Shown here piece after piece: positions 17,885 through 27,632 of a DNA stretch of 64,000 nt; the stretch's first letter is position 1; the number at the start of each line of letters is the position of its first letter. Made by a program: the position numbers and the translations under genes. The notes under the pieces were generated by a model. That model saw only the letters and a list, made by a program, of their open reading frames with translations, ran no database searches and was not told the DNA's origin. Location: the NCBI GenBank assembly GCA_040005635.1, contig JBDTYM010000005.1, positions 5,477-69,476 of the forward strand. The letters run 5' to 3'. The stretch is from Dokdonella sp. GTDB taxonomy: Bacteria > Pseudomonadota > Gammaproteobacteria > Xanthomonadales > Rhodanobacteraceae.

Positions 17885-19721
17885 ATACGAGGTTCACCGC
17901 GCCGAGCATGACGACCAGCATCAACACGGTCAGCGGGATGCCGACGCGCAGGAAATCGCGCGCGCGATAGCCGCCCGGTCCGGCGATGATCGTGATGACC
18001 GGGTTCGCGCTCGGGATGATGAACGAGTTCGAGGTCGAGATCGCAACGACCAGCGCGTAGACGGCCGGATTGCCGCCCGAGGCGAGCGCGACGTTGATCG
18101 CCATCGGCACCATCATGACGGTGGCGCCGACGTTAGAGACGACCTGCGCGAACAGCAGGGCGAGTACCGCGATCACCGCCTGCAGGCCCCACTGCGGCCA
18201 GCTGCCGAGATAAACCAGAACTTCCTGCGCGATCCATGCGGCGGCGCCGGTCGAATCCATCGCCCAGCCGAGCGGGACCAGGCAGGCGAGCGTGAAGATC
18301 GTCTTCCAGTTGATCGCGCCGTAGGCTTCGTCCATGTTGAGGACGCCCGACAGCAGCATGCCGACCGCGCCGGCCAGCATGGCGACCGAAAGCTTGATGT
18401 CGGTGAACAGACCGAGCCCCATCGCGAGGGCGAAGAACGTAACCGCGTACCAGATCTTCGCTGGGCGCTGTTCGTCCTTCGGATAATCGGTGACGACGAC
18501 GAAGTCGTGCGACTCGGCGGTCTGTGCGAGATCGCGCCAGAAACTGTGCAGCACCAGGGTGTCGCCGGCACGCAGTGCGACCTTGCGCACGTCTTCGCGG
18601 AAGACCTGATCGCCGCGATTGACCGCGAGGACCGAAATACCGTGCGTCTTGCGCAGGCGCAGCTCACCGACGGCCTTCTTGATCCAGCGCGAGTTAGGCG
18701 GGATCACCGCTTCGGAAATTCCGGCGCGGGTCGGGTTGAACAGATCGGCGAAGTTGCGCAAGCGCGTCTGCACCTGGCACAGCTGATTGTTCGCAAACTC
18801 GTTGACCGCCTCGCGCTTGCCGAGCACGCCGAGCACGCTGCCGACCCAGATCATCTGGTCGCCCGGCGGCGCCAGGCGCGCCTCGTTGCCGGTCTTCAGG
18901 GCGAGTATCAACGGCGCGCCGCGCAATTGCTCAACCTCGCCGACGCTCATACCGACCAGCGGGCTGTCGGTCGTGACGATGAGTTCGAGCACCTCGCCAT
19001 CGATGCCGTAAGTCTCGGCGAAGTAGGTTTCGGTGCGCCCCGGAGTCACCTTCTGGCGCTCCTCCTCGTTCGGCAGCAGGCGTCGCGTGAACAGCGCGAA
19101 GTAGGCAAGGCCGGCGAGCAGCAGCGGGATGCCGATCGGCGCAATCGAAAACAGGGTGAAGGTATGGATCGTCTGCGCACCGGAGGGCAGGTTGCGGTTC
19201 GCACTCGCGATCAGGTCATTGAGCAGGATCAGCGGCGAGTTCGAGATCATCGTGATGTTGGTGCCGCACAGGATCATGCAGGCCATCGGCAGCAGCAGTC
19301 GCTTCAACGGAAGGCCGGTGCGCGCGCTGATGCGGCTGACCACGGGCAGGAACAGCGCGCTGAGCGCCTGGCTCTGGATCACCGCGGAGAGACTGCCGAC
19401 CATCGCGTTGATCAGCAGCGAGACGCGCGATTCGATGCCGCCGGCGAGGCGCAGAATGAACGAGGCCGCCTTGCTCAGCACGCCGGTACGGTCCAGGCCG
19501 GCGCCCATGATCATCACCGCGATCAGCGAGATCACCGCATTGCCGGCGAATCCCTCGAACAGCTGTTCGACCGGCAGCAGGCGCGTGATGCCGATGAAGA
19601 CGATGACGAGCAGCGCGATCAGGTCGGCGCGGATCCACTCCAGCACCAGCATCAGCACGGTGAACGCGAGCAGCGCGAACACGAGTGCCATATTGGTGGT
19701 GAGGGTGAGGCCGGCGTCCAT
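17874..19721 (-). CDS. SLC13 family permease with two TrkA-C domains
   Basis: GAGLDRTG, SPLVG..V RCK_C segments, VSNVGA, GPGGY..RDF. Confidence 0.9.
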   Translation of the reverse strand: MDAGLTLTTNMALVFALLAFTVLMLVLEWIRADLIALLVIVFIGITRLLPVEQLFEGFAGNAVISLIAVMIMGAGLDRTGVLSKAASFILRLAGGIESRVSLLINAMVGSLSAVIQSQALSALFLPVVSRISARTGLPLKRLLLPMACMILCGTNITMISNSPLILLNDLIASANRNLPSGAQTIHTFTLFSIAPIGIPLLLAGLAYFALFTRRLLPNEEERQKVTPGRTETYFAETYGIDGEVLELIVTTDSPLVGMSVGEVEQLRGAPLILALKTGNEARLAPPGDQMIWVGSVLGVLGKREAVNEFANNQLCQVQTRLRNFADLFNPTRAGISEAVIPPNSRWIKKAVGELRLRKTHGISVLAVNRGDQVFREDVRKVALRAGDTLVLHSFWRDLAQTAESHDFVVVTDYPKDEQRPAKIWYAVTFFALAMGLGLFTDIKLSVAMLAGAVGMLLSGVLNMDEAYGAINWKTIFTLACLVPLGWAMDSTGAAAWIAQEVLVYLGSWPQWGLQAVIAVLALLFAQVVSNVGATVMMVPMAINVALASGGNPAVYALVVAISTSNSFIIPSANPVITIIAGPGGYRARDFLRVGIPLTVLMLVVMLGAVNLVFNR

Positions 19722-19765
19722 TCGGGGCGGTTCTGTTGTTGTGGCCGGGCGGTTGTCAGCGTGGC

Positions 19766-20458
19766 TCAGGCGCGTTCATGCACGAAATCCCAGACGCCGT
19801 GTCCGAGGCGCAGGCCGCGGCGTTCGAAATGTGTTTCGATGCGCCAGGGGGGGCGCTCCGACGGCGAGGCCTGTTGCGGGTCGGGCCGCCACATTGGCGC
19901 TGCGGCGAGCACGTCCTGCATATGCTCGGCATAGTCGGCCCAGTCGGTCGCCAGATGCAAGCGTCCACCCGACGCGACGCGCGTCGCCAGCAGTGCAAGG
20001 AACTCGGCCTGGATCAGGCGGCGCTTGTTGTGGCGCTTCTTGTGCCACGGGTCGGGAAAGTAGATACGCACTTCGGCCAAGGCATCCGCGCCGATTTCAT
20101 GCTGCAGCACGTCGACTACGTCGTGGTTGTACAGGCGTACGTTGTCGACGCCGGCATCGGCAAGGCCATTCATCAGGCGACCCACGCCGGGTCGATGCAC
20201 TTCGACGCCGATGAAGTCGCGCGTGGGTTCGACCTGTGCAGAATGCAGCAGTTGCTCGCCATTGCCGAAGCCGATCTCCAGCACCCGTGCTGCGCGGCGT
20301 CCGAAGACGTCGGCAAAATCGCGTGGCGCGCCGGCGACCTCGAGGCCATAACGCGACCAGTGCTGATCGAACGCACGCTGCTGCGCCGGCGTGAAGCGGC
20401 CCTGGCGTAACACGAAGCTGCGGATGCGGCGATCGTGCGTGTCCGCAGGTTCGTGCAT
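19766..20458 (-). CDS. trmB: tRNA (guanine-N7)-methyltransferase
   Basis: [31 protein letters not shown]. Confidence 0.95.
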   Translation of the reverse strand: MHEPADTHDRRIRSFVLRQGRFTPAQQRAFDQHWSRYGLEVAGAPRDFADVFGRRAARVLEIGFGNGEQLLHSAQVEPTRDFIGVEVHRPGVGRLMNGLADAGVDNVRLYNHDVVDVLQHEIGADALAEVRIYFPDPWHKKRHNKRRLIQAEFLALLATRVASGGRLHLATDWADYAEHMQDVLAAAPMWRPDPQQASPSERPPWRIETHFERRGLRLGHGVWDFVHERA

Positions 20459-20463
20459 GGCGG

Positions 20464-21273
20464 TCAAGCGATGGTGCCGTCGAGCGGACTCGACGCGGAT
20501 GCGTAGCGCTTGCGCGGAATGCGCCCCGCGCGGAACGCGGCGCGGCCGGCTTCGACCGCGAGCTTCATCGCGTGCGCCATCAGCACGGGATCGGTGGCGC
20601 CGGCGATCGCCGTGTTCATCAGTACGCCGTCGCAACCGAGTTCCATTGCGATCGCGGCATCGGAGGCGGTGCCGACGCCGGCATCGACAATGATCGGCAC
20701 CTTCGCGTTCTCGATGATCTCGAGCAGGTTGTAGCGATTCTGGATGCCGAGGCCGGAGCCGATCGGCGCCGCCAAAGGCATCACGGCGACGCAACCAATC
20801 TGCTCGAGTCGCCTGGCCAGGATTGGATCGTCCGAGGTGTAGACCATCACCTGGAAGCCGTCCTTGACCAGCGTTTCCGCCGCGGCGAGCGTCTGCACGA
20901 CATCCGGGAACAGAGTCTTGGCATCGCCCAACACTTCGAGTTTGACCAGGGTATGGCCATCGAGCAGCTCGCGCGCGAGGCGGCAGGTGCGCACCGCGTC
21001 GTCGGCCGTGTAGCAGCCGGCGGTGTTCGGCAGGATCGTGTAGCGCGATGGCGGCAGCACATCGAGCAGGTTCGGCTCGTTCGCGTTCTGGCCGATATTC
21101 GTGCGGCGGATTGCGACGGTGACGATCTCGGCACCTGCCGCGGCGGTCGCGCGCTGTGTTTCGTCGAGGTCCTTGAACTTGCCGGTACCAGTGAGAAGAC
21201 GCGACCGGTAAGGCTTGCCGGCGATGATGAGGAGGTCATTGAGATCGCGAGGCGATTGAGGCAGCGCATTCAT
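20464..21273 (-). CDS. thiG: Thiazole synthase
   Basis: [32 protein letters not shown]. Confidence 0.97.
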   Translation of the reverse strand: MNALPQSPRDLNDLLIIAGKPYRSRLLTGTGKFKDLDETQRATAAAGAEIVTVAIRRTNIGQNANEPNLLDVLPPSRYTILPNTAGCYTADDAVRTCRLARELLDGHTLVKLEVLGDAKTLFPDVVQTLAAAETLVKDGFQVMVYTSDDPILARRLEQIGCVAVMPLAAPIGSGLGIQNRYNLLEIIENAKVPIIVDAGVGTASDAAIAMELGCDGVLMNTAIAGATDPVLMAHAMKLAVEAGRAAFRAGRIPRKRYASASSPLDGTIA

Positions 21274-21542
21274 GGCACGGGCGTCGATGGGATGTGAGGT
21301 CGGTGGATGTGTGGGTGGAGCTGCGAACAGCGAGGTTCACGACACGCAGCCGTCCGTGGAGCCCCCGAGCCGCACATCGATGTGTTGTCGTGTGGCGATT
21401 GACCAGCGTGCAGTTGCTCGCTACCGCTCGCAGCTGTTGCTGGCAGCGCCATCCTGGCCTTGCAAAGCAAGCCTCGGGCTCCTGCCCCAGGCGTCCAAGG
21501 CGGCGCATACGATGCGTGCGGGCATCGCGTAGGCGCGCCGTT

Positions 21543-21743
21543 TCATCCTCCCCCAATCGCGTGGACGATCTCGATCCGATCACCTGGATTCAAGGGATGC
21601 GAGTCGTGGCAGCTGCGCGGGACGATTTCGCGGTTCACCTCGACGGCAACGCGGCGTTGCGCGTAACCGGCGAGTTCAAGCAATTGCAGGATCGAGGTGG
21701 CGGGATCGATCTCGCGATCCTCGCCGTTGAGGGCAACTTTCAT
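21543..21743 (-). CDS. thiS: Sulfur carrier protein
   Basis: MKVALNGE..VAVEVNREIV..IVHAIGGG. Confidence 0.95.
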   Translation of the reverse strand: MKVALNGEDREIDPATSILQLLELAGYAQRRVAVEVNREIVPRSCHDSHPLNPGDRIEIVHAIGGG

Positions 21744-21848
21744 CGCGTCATTGTAAACGTCCGCTCGGGTGCTGGCTCGTCGTACTTCAGGTCGCCGGGA
21801 AAAAAGACGCCGCGCAATGCGCGGCGTCGAAGGTCGATACACGAAGAA

Positions 21849-24224
21849 TCAGCGGCCTTCCTTGTCCTTGTCCTTGTTGCGTTCACCACGCTGTTCTCGC
21901 TGTTGCGGCGCTGGCTGATTGCGCGGCTGCGGCTGTGGTGGCGGAACGTTCCGCGGCTGCGCCGGCTGTACATTGCGCGGCTGCGCCTGCTGTTGCGGAA
22001 CGCTGCGTTGTTCGACGCGTGGCTGATACTGCTGTTGCTGCTGCTGCTGCGGCGGCGCACTGCGCTGAGCCGGTTGCTGCGGAACGTTGCGTGGTTGCAC
22101 CTGTTGCTGTTGCACGCTGCGTGTCTGGTTCTGCGGCACCGACGAATTGTTGCGTGGAATCTCGCGCAGCTGCGGCGCCGGACGAATCTGTCCTTGCGGG
22201 GCCGCCGTGTTACCACGGTCGGTCGCCGGACTCGTACGCTGCGGCAGCGACTGACGCGGAACCGGTGTCTGCGCGTTGCTGCGCTCGACCGGCGCCACGT
22301 TACTTCCGCGCTGGACCGAGTTCGGCAGGGCGCGGTTCTGCGCGTTCGCGGCCGGTGGATTGCCGCGCGTCACGGCGGGGCCCGCGTTGTTGCCAGTTGC
22401 CGGCGAGCCTGCACGCGGTGCGAAGCGCGATGAGGGCAGCGCGGTTCGATCCGTTGCATTCGACTGCCCACGCTGAACCGCATTCGGCGCCGTATTGCCG
22501 GGTGCAGCGACAGGTGCACGACCGACATTCGCCGGATTCGTCGGCGTCACCGGTCCGCGCGGTCCGGCAGGGGACGCACGATCATTGGCGATATTCGGCC
22601 GTTGCCCGGCCGCGGATGCGGTGCCGCGCGCCGGCAGTGGCTGCGGCTTGGCCGCATTCTGTCCGACCAGTTGCACGCGGGACGCCAGTGCACGGTTCTG
22701 CGTGGCGCTCGTGCCCGGGCGTGCGGCGATCGCGCGCGTCTGGCTCGCCGCCAGCGGTTGCGCGCCATTGCGTTCGATGGCCTGAATACGCGAGGCGATC
22801 GGCGCCGAGCGCGGCGGCGGCGCAGTGCGCGCGATGACGCGGCGGTCCATCACGCCCGTTGCCGGGCCCGCACGGCCACGGGCGGCATTGCCCGCGAAGC
22901 TGGCCTGGGTTGGAGCGATGCCGACGCGGCTGACTACCTGCGCTCCACGCAGTTCGCGATCGTTGATTTGCACGCGTCCTGCGGCAACCGGCCGAGCGCC
23001 CACGAACGCGTCGCGCGACATCGCGGTCATGTTGCCGCGATAGGCGTAGTTCGCCCCGGTGATCGGACGGCCGCGAGAGTAGTTGTTGTTGTAGACGTTG
23101 GTGACGTAGGTGTTGTTGATGAACGTCGTGTTGCGCACATTGACGTTGGTAAAATAACCGCGTGAGGCGCGATACCACGGCACATAGACCTCGCGCGGGC
23201 CGAGCGGGAACCAGCCCACGGGGCCGCCGCCGCCGACCGAGATGCCGACCCCACCGACGAAGGCGACCAGGGCTGGCGCATAGATCGACCGACCGCCGCG
23301 ATAGGCGCCCGGGCACCAGCCCCAGCGATTGTCGACGTAGGCCCAGCGTCCGTAGTGGAACGGCGCGAATCCCCACGCTGCGCTGTCGACCCAGGTCCAG
23401 CCCCATGGATCGATCCATGACCAGTGGCCGGAACGATACGGCGCCCAGTCGGCTTCGACCGTGTTCGGATACCAAACGTTGCCGTATTCGGGGGCCGTGC
23501 TCCACGAGCCGGAGTTGTCGAGGTCGGCATAGCCGATGACATCTTCCGATACGTATTGGCGCGATACCGAGTGCTCGTAGCGCTGGTTGCGTGTCGAGCA
23601 CCACTGATCGAAATCGTCACCGCGCGGCAGGTCGAGCACTTCGTAGTCGTGCAGAGCGGTATCGTTGAAGCGGTAGGTGTTGCCCGCGCGCACGCTATAG
23701 CTGGCGTTATTCTCGCCATAGACATCACCGGCGCCGTCGAACACGGTGACCATGGTCGAGTCGCCCTGCGGTGCGATGTCGATGCGGTAGTTGCCCGGCT
23801 GGTTGACGACGAACGCCAGCGTCGGGGTATCGACTTCGTAGCTTTGGCCGTCGGCGACGCGGCGCACATGCAGATTCACCGTGCCCTCGGTGAGTTCGAT
23901 CTGTGCGGTGTTGTCATCGAGGTTGAGCAGGTTGAAGGTGCTGCCCTGGTCGAGGCGGATGTCGGCCGCACCGATTTCCAATTCGACGCGCGAATCCTTG
24001 TCCGTATAGACCTTGTCGCCGGTGCCGAGCGGACGATTCAATGAGGCTTCCGCCCATTGGTCGTCACCCGCCGGCTGAAAACTCACGCTGCCGCTAAGAA
24101 AGCTGACGCGCGCCACGCGATCGGGCGGATCATCGTCGGCACGCGCGGCGCCGGCAGACAGCCCGGCAGCCAGCGCCAGCACGGCGCACCACGCCCATGG
24201 ATTGGAACGACGCTTCGTGTACAT
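21849..24224 (-). CDS. Exported FecR/DUF6600-like protein with a P/Q/R-rich tail
   Basis: Signal peptide, DPPDRVAR, WGWTWVD..WGFAPFHYGRW, low-complexity C-terminus. Confidence 0.85.
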   Translation of the reverse strand: MYTKRRSNPWAWCAVLALAAGLSAGAARADDDPPDRVARVSFLSGSVSFQPAGDDQWAEASLNRPLGTGDKVYTDKDSRVELEIGAADIRLDQGSTFNLLNLDDNTAQIELTEGTVNLHVRRVADGQSYEVDTPTLAFVVNQPGNYRIDIAPQGDSTMVTVFDGAGDVYGENNASYSVRAGNTYRFNDTALHDYEVLDLPRGDDFDQWCSTRNQRYEHSVSRQYVSEDVIGYADLDNSGSWSTAPEYGNVWYPNTVEADWAPYRSGHWSWIDPWGWTWVDSAAWGFAPFHYGRWAYVDNRWGWCPGAYRGGRSIYAPALVAFVGGVGISVGGGGPVGWFPLGPREVYVPWYRASRGYFTNVNVRNTTFINNTYVTNVYNNNYSRGRPITGANYAYRGNMTAMSRDAFVGARPVAAGRVQINDRELRGAQVVSRVGIAPTQASFAGNAARGRAGPATGVMDRRVIARTAPPPRSAPIASRIQAIERNGAQPLAASQTRAIAARPGTSATQNRALASRVQLVGQNAAKPQPLPARGTASAAGQRPNIANDRASPAGPRGPVTPTNPANVGRAPVAAPGNTAPNAVQRGQSNATDRTALPSSRFAPRAGSPATGNNAGPAVTRGNPPAANAQNRALPNSVQRGSNVAPVERSNAQTPVPRQSLPQRTSPATDRGNTAAPQGQIRPAPQLREIPRNNSSVPQNQTRSVQQQQVQPRNVPQQPAQRSAPPQQQQQQQYQPRVEQRSVPQQQAQPRNVQPAQPRNVPPPQPQPRNQPAPQQREQRGERNKDKDKEGR

Positions 24225-24466
24225 GAAATACTCTCCTGGAGCCTACGCCAGCCGCAGTTTCGGTGGGATTCGCTCTCCCCTACGCATCGGCCGCCCGCGC
24301 TGGCAGGCTGCGCACACTATCAGCGAAATCCGCTGAATGACGACTTTCCGCATATCGATTTTTGCGCTTCCCGACAAAACCGCTTAGCGCCGATTCAGCG
24401 CGTTTGCGGGCTCGTCCAGTCCTTAGGTTGTCGCCCCGAGCGGCCGCCGCTACCCTGTCGTGACCC

Positions 24467-24540
24467 GCGGGTGTCGTCTAATGGTAAGACAGCAGCTTCC
24501 CAAGCTGCGAACGTGGGTTCGATTCCCATCACCCGCTCCA
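24467..24540 (+). tRNA. tRNA-Gly(CCC)
   Basis: GCGGGTG/CACCCGC acceptor stem, GCAGC-TTCCCAA-GCTGC anticodon arm, GGTTCGATTCC T-loop, encoded CCA. Confidence 0.97.
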
Positions 24541-24550
24541 TGCCGCCAAC

Positions 24551-25048
24551 GTGCCTTCCGATTCCTTCCCACTGCGGTCTGCCCAATCGACGCCCGCGAC
24601 CGCCTGCCCACCTCTGGGCTGGCGCGAATGGGTGGCGTTGCCGGCGCTCGGAATAGCGACCATCAAGGCCAAGCTGGATACCGGCGCGCGCTCGTCGTCG
24701 CTGCACGTCGAAGCCCTGGAAACGTTTCGTCAGGACGGCGCTCAGCACGTGCGCTTTCTGCTGCGGCCGCGCCGTCGTGGCACGCGTCTGGTCGCGTGCC
24801 AGGCACCGATCCTCGACCGCCGCCCGGTCACCGATTCGGGTGGGCATCGCAGCGAGCGCTGGTTCGTCGAGATCGAGGTCGCACTCGCCGGGTCGCGTTT
24901 CATGACCGCCATCAATTTGACAGACCGCCGCGCGATGCTGTTTCCACTGCTGCTCGGGCGCAGCGCTCTGTGCGGGCGATTCAGCGTCGACGCCGCGCTT
25001 TCGTATACCTCACCGCGACCGCCGCGTGCCGCGACGGCGCCGACATGA
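24551..25048 (+). CDS. RimK-associated putative protease (RimB-like)
   Basis: [31 protein letters not shown]. Confidence 0.85.
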   Translation: MPSDSFPLRSAQSTPATACPPLGWREWVALPALGIATIKAKLDTGARSSSLHVEALETFRQDGAQHVRFLLRPRRRGTRLVACQAPILDRRPVTDSGGHRSERWFVEIEVALAGSRFMTAINLTDRRAMLFPLLLGRSALCGRFSVDAALSYTSPRPPRAATAPT

Positions 25049-25971
25049 AGAAGACCATGAAGATCGCCATTCTCTCGCGCAACACGCGGCTGTACTCGAC
25101 GGTGCGCCTGATCGAGGCCGCGCGAACCCGTGGACACAGCGTGCGCGTGCTCGATCCATTGCGCTGCTACATGCGTATCGCCGCCGGCAGGTTCGAGATG
25201 CACTACAAGGGGCGTGTGTTGCGGGGCATCGATGCGGTGATCCCGCGCATCGGCGCTTCGATCACGTTCTACGGCACTGCCGTCGTACGCCAGTTCGAGA
25301 TGATGGGCGTGTACACGCCGAATGGGTCGGATGCGATCCTGCGCGCGCGCGACAAACTGCGCACGATGCAGTTGCTGGCGCGCGAAGGCATCGATTTGCC
25401 GACGACGGTATTCGGAGACAACCCGGACGACACCGGCGATCTGCTCGCGATGCTCGGCGAGCCGCCGCACGTGATCAAGCTCAACGAAGGCGCCCAAGGG
25501 CAGGGAGTTCTGCTGGCCGAGAAGCGGTCCGGCGCGCAGGGCATGATCGAGGCGTTGCGTGGGCTCTACGCGAACTTCCTCGTGCAGGAATTCGTGCGCG
25601 AGGCGAAGGGCGCGGACCTGCGTTGTTTCGTCGTCGGCGGGAAAGTCGTCGCCGCGATGCAGCGGCAGGCGCCGGAAGGAGATTTTCGCGCGAACATCCA
25701 TCGCGGCGGGACCGCTAGCGCGATTGAACTGACGGCGGCCGAACGCGACATCGCCTTGCGCGCGGCCCGGCAGATGGATCTGGGGGTTGCAGGGGTCGAT
25801 CTGCTGCGCTCGCGACGCGGTCCGCTGGTTCTGGAAGTCAATTCCTCTCCAGGCCTCGAAGGCATCGAGGGTTCGACTGGCGTCGATGTTGCTGGCGCCA
25901 TCATCGACCATGTGGCCAAGGGTGCGAGCCGGGAGGCGAAACCGGTCGCCAGGAAACAACGACGAAAGTAG
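25045..25971 (+). CDS. rimK: Ribosomal protein S6 glutamate ligase
   Basis: [36 protein letters not shown]. Confidence 0.95.
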   Translation: MKKTMKIAILSRNTRLYSTVRLIEAARTRGHSVRVLDPLRCYMRIAAGRFEMHYKGRVLRGIDAVIPRIGASITFYGTAVVRQFEMMGVYTPNGSDAILRARDKLRTMQLLAREGIDLPTTVFGDNPDDTGDLLAMLGEPPHVIKLNEGAQGQGVLLAEKRSGAQGMIEALRGLYANFLVQEFVREAKGADLRCFVVGGKVVAAMQRQAPEGDFRANIHRGGTASAIELTAAERDIALRAARQMDLGVAGVDLLRSRRGPLVLEVNSSPGLEGIEGSTGVDVAGAIIDHVAKGASREAKPVARKQRRK

Positions 25972-25985
25972 TACGAAGAAAGACG

Positions 25986-26019
25986 TTGACAACACGCGAT
26001 CGCCGATCTTAGGATCGGC
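25986..26019 (+). promoter_or_regulatory. Putative sigma70 promoter with a palindrome over the -10
   Basis: TTGACA 25986-25991, TAGGAT 26010-26015 (18-bp spacer); GCCGATC-TTAG-GATCGGC 26002-26019. Confidence 0.45.
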
Positions 26020-26074
26020 ACGTATCCCGCGTCGGCGACTGGGCGGGGCTCGCTACGAACCTGAGGGGTGTCGC

Positions 26075-26575
26075 GTGAAGAGTCTGTGTCTTATTCTGGT
26101 ACTGATCGTCGCGCTCCCTTCGACCGCCATTGCGGCCGGGGAGAACTATATCGAGCCGAACAAGAACGCCGATTCGCGTGAAAAACTCTCCGATGTCGCA
26201 GCCAACGTGCGCCGCGAAATGCAGGCAGGCAGGCGCTTCCAATACGTCTCCTCGCGCGAACGCGAAACCGTCAACGCCAAATTTTCCGAGATGGACGCGC
26301 TTTTCGGCCGGTCGGGATCGGTGGCGCAGATGAACGACGACCAGAAGACCCAGTTGTTCAATGCCCAGGAAGTCATCAATTCAATTCTTACCGATCGCGA
26401 CAGCGAACGGCTGATCTGCAAGAACGAGCCGATCATCGGGTCACACGTCCGGTCGAAGACCTGCCGCAGCTACGCAGAGGAGCAGGCGCGCCACGAAGTG
26501 TCAGCCAAGGACATGCTTGATCGGCAAGCAGTAGTTTGCAAACACACGGGACCGAATTGCCCCGTTTTCGATTGA
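26075..26575 (+). CDS. Small secreted protein with a C-x6-GS-x6-C loop (paralogue 1)
   Basis: GAGGGG RBS, GTG start, signal peptide ending AIA-A; aligns with the next gene. Confidence 0.75.
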   Translation: MKSLCLILVLIVALPSTAIAAGENYIEPNKNADSREKLSDVAANVRREMQAGRRFQYVSSRERETVNAKFSEMDALFGRSGSVAQMNDDQKTQLFNAQEVINSILTDRDSERLICKNEPIIGSHVRSKTCRSYAEEQARHEVSAKDMLDRQAVVCKHTGPNCPVFD

Positions 26576-26688
26576 GAAAGACGAGTTTTCCGCCCGACTT
26601 GGCCGCTGGCAGGCTCCGCATGATGTTCTTTCGATGCCCTGAGTGATTCATTTATTTCAACCCATTGTCACAGTAGGAGTTTCGCAAC

Positions 26689-27168
26689 ATGAAATCTGGT
26701 TTGCTCATCGCGACGCTGGTCTTATCCTTCATCGCATCGCCCGCCTTCGCCAAGGATGACACGGCACCGGCCGTCAACGCCGATACTAAGGCCGCATTCG
26801 ACACGGTCGCAGGCTGGGTTCGAGCGCAAATGGAGGCGGGCGGACGGTATTCGGAGGTCAGCTCGGGCGAACGCAGCAAGGTCGACGCAAAGCTGGGCGA
26901 GATGGGTAAGATGTTCGAGCAGCATGGCGACGTTGCGCAGATGGGCGATGCGGACAAGACGCGTATGTTCAATACGCAGCAGGAAATCAATGCGATCTTG
27001 AGCAAGCGTGACGGCGATAGACTGATCTGCAAGACCGAAAGGCCGGTTGGCTCGAATATTCCGGTCAAGACATGTCAAACCGCGTCCAAGATCGAAGGCC
27101 GCAGGCGCGATGACCTCAAGGATTTCCAGCAACGCCAGAACGTGCAGCCTCAGCAGAAAAGGGGCTGA
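26689..27168 (+). CDS. Small secreted protein with a C-x6-GS-x6-C loop (paralogue 2)
   Basis: AGGAG RBS, signal peptide ending AFA-K; RLICKTERPVGSNIPVKTC. Confidence 0.8.
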   Translation: MKSGLLIATLVLSFIASPAFAKDDTAPAVNADTKAAFDTVAGWVRAQMEAGGRYSEVSSGERSKVDAKLGEMGKMFEQHGDVAQMGDADKTRMFNTQQEINAILSKRDGDRLICKTERPVGSNIPVKTCQTASKIEGRRRDDLKDFQQRQNVQPQQKRG

Positions 27169-27236
27169 GGAATCGCGAATCAAGAGAACTCGATTCTGTG
27201 TCTTTTCCGAGAAAAGCGAGCCAGCAAGGGGCAAGC

Positions 27237-27632
27237 GTGACCAAGATCGATACCCTACCCAAGCCAACCGAAGCCGAACTCGGCATCCTCAATTTTCTAT
27301 GGGATCGTGGGGAGAGCACGGTACGCGATGTGCACGAAGCGCTGTATCGTGAAGAGGGGGCTGGCTACACGACTGCGTTGAAGCTGCTGCAGATCATGCA
27401 CGCCAAGGGCTTGGTGCTGCGCGACGATTCCGAACGCGCCCATGTATTCCGACCGGCGGTCAGCAAGGAACGTACGCAAAAACGATTCCTGCTCGACATG
27501 GTGCAACGCGTTTTCGACGGATCCCCGTCGCAGCTCGTACTGCAGGCCCTTGGCGGCAGGCCGAAGGCGACGCGGGAGGAAGTAGAAGAAATTCGCGCAT
27601 TGCTCGACAAGCTCGACGGAAACAAGACATGA
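27237..27632 (+). CDS. BlaI/MecI/CopY family repressor
   Basis: PTEAEL.IL..LW, TVRDVH, YTT.LKLLQIM..KG, VFDGS. Confidence 0.92.
   Translation: MTKIDTLPKPTEAELGILNFLWDRGESTVRDVHEALYREEGAGYTTALKLLQIMHAKGLVLRDDSERAHVFRPAVSKERTQKRFLLDMVQRVFDGSPSQLVLQALGGRPKATREEVEEIRALLDKLDGNKT

Noticed and set aside
21274-21848. TPP riboswitch near thiS/thiG
   Set aside because: No CUGAGA-type TPP consensus found on the minus strand.
21900-22130. Repetitive DNA as a CRISPR array
   Set aside because: These are codon repeats of a Gln/Pro-rich tail, with no repeat-spacer periodicity and no cas genes.
24520-24540. tRNA-Gly 3' end as an integration site
   Set aside because: No integrase, and I saw no duplicated tRNA 3' end in the window.
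24460-25044. N-terminal extension of rimK in the ORF track
   Set aside because: It overlaps the tRNA and the protease gene; RimK homology starts near 25045.
25972-26059. TACGAA half-sites as BlaI operators
   Set aside because: No convincing palindromic partner; too short to support.
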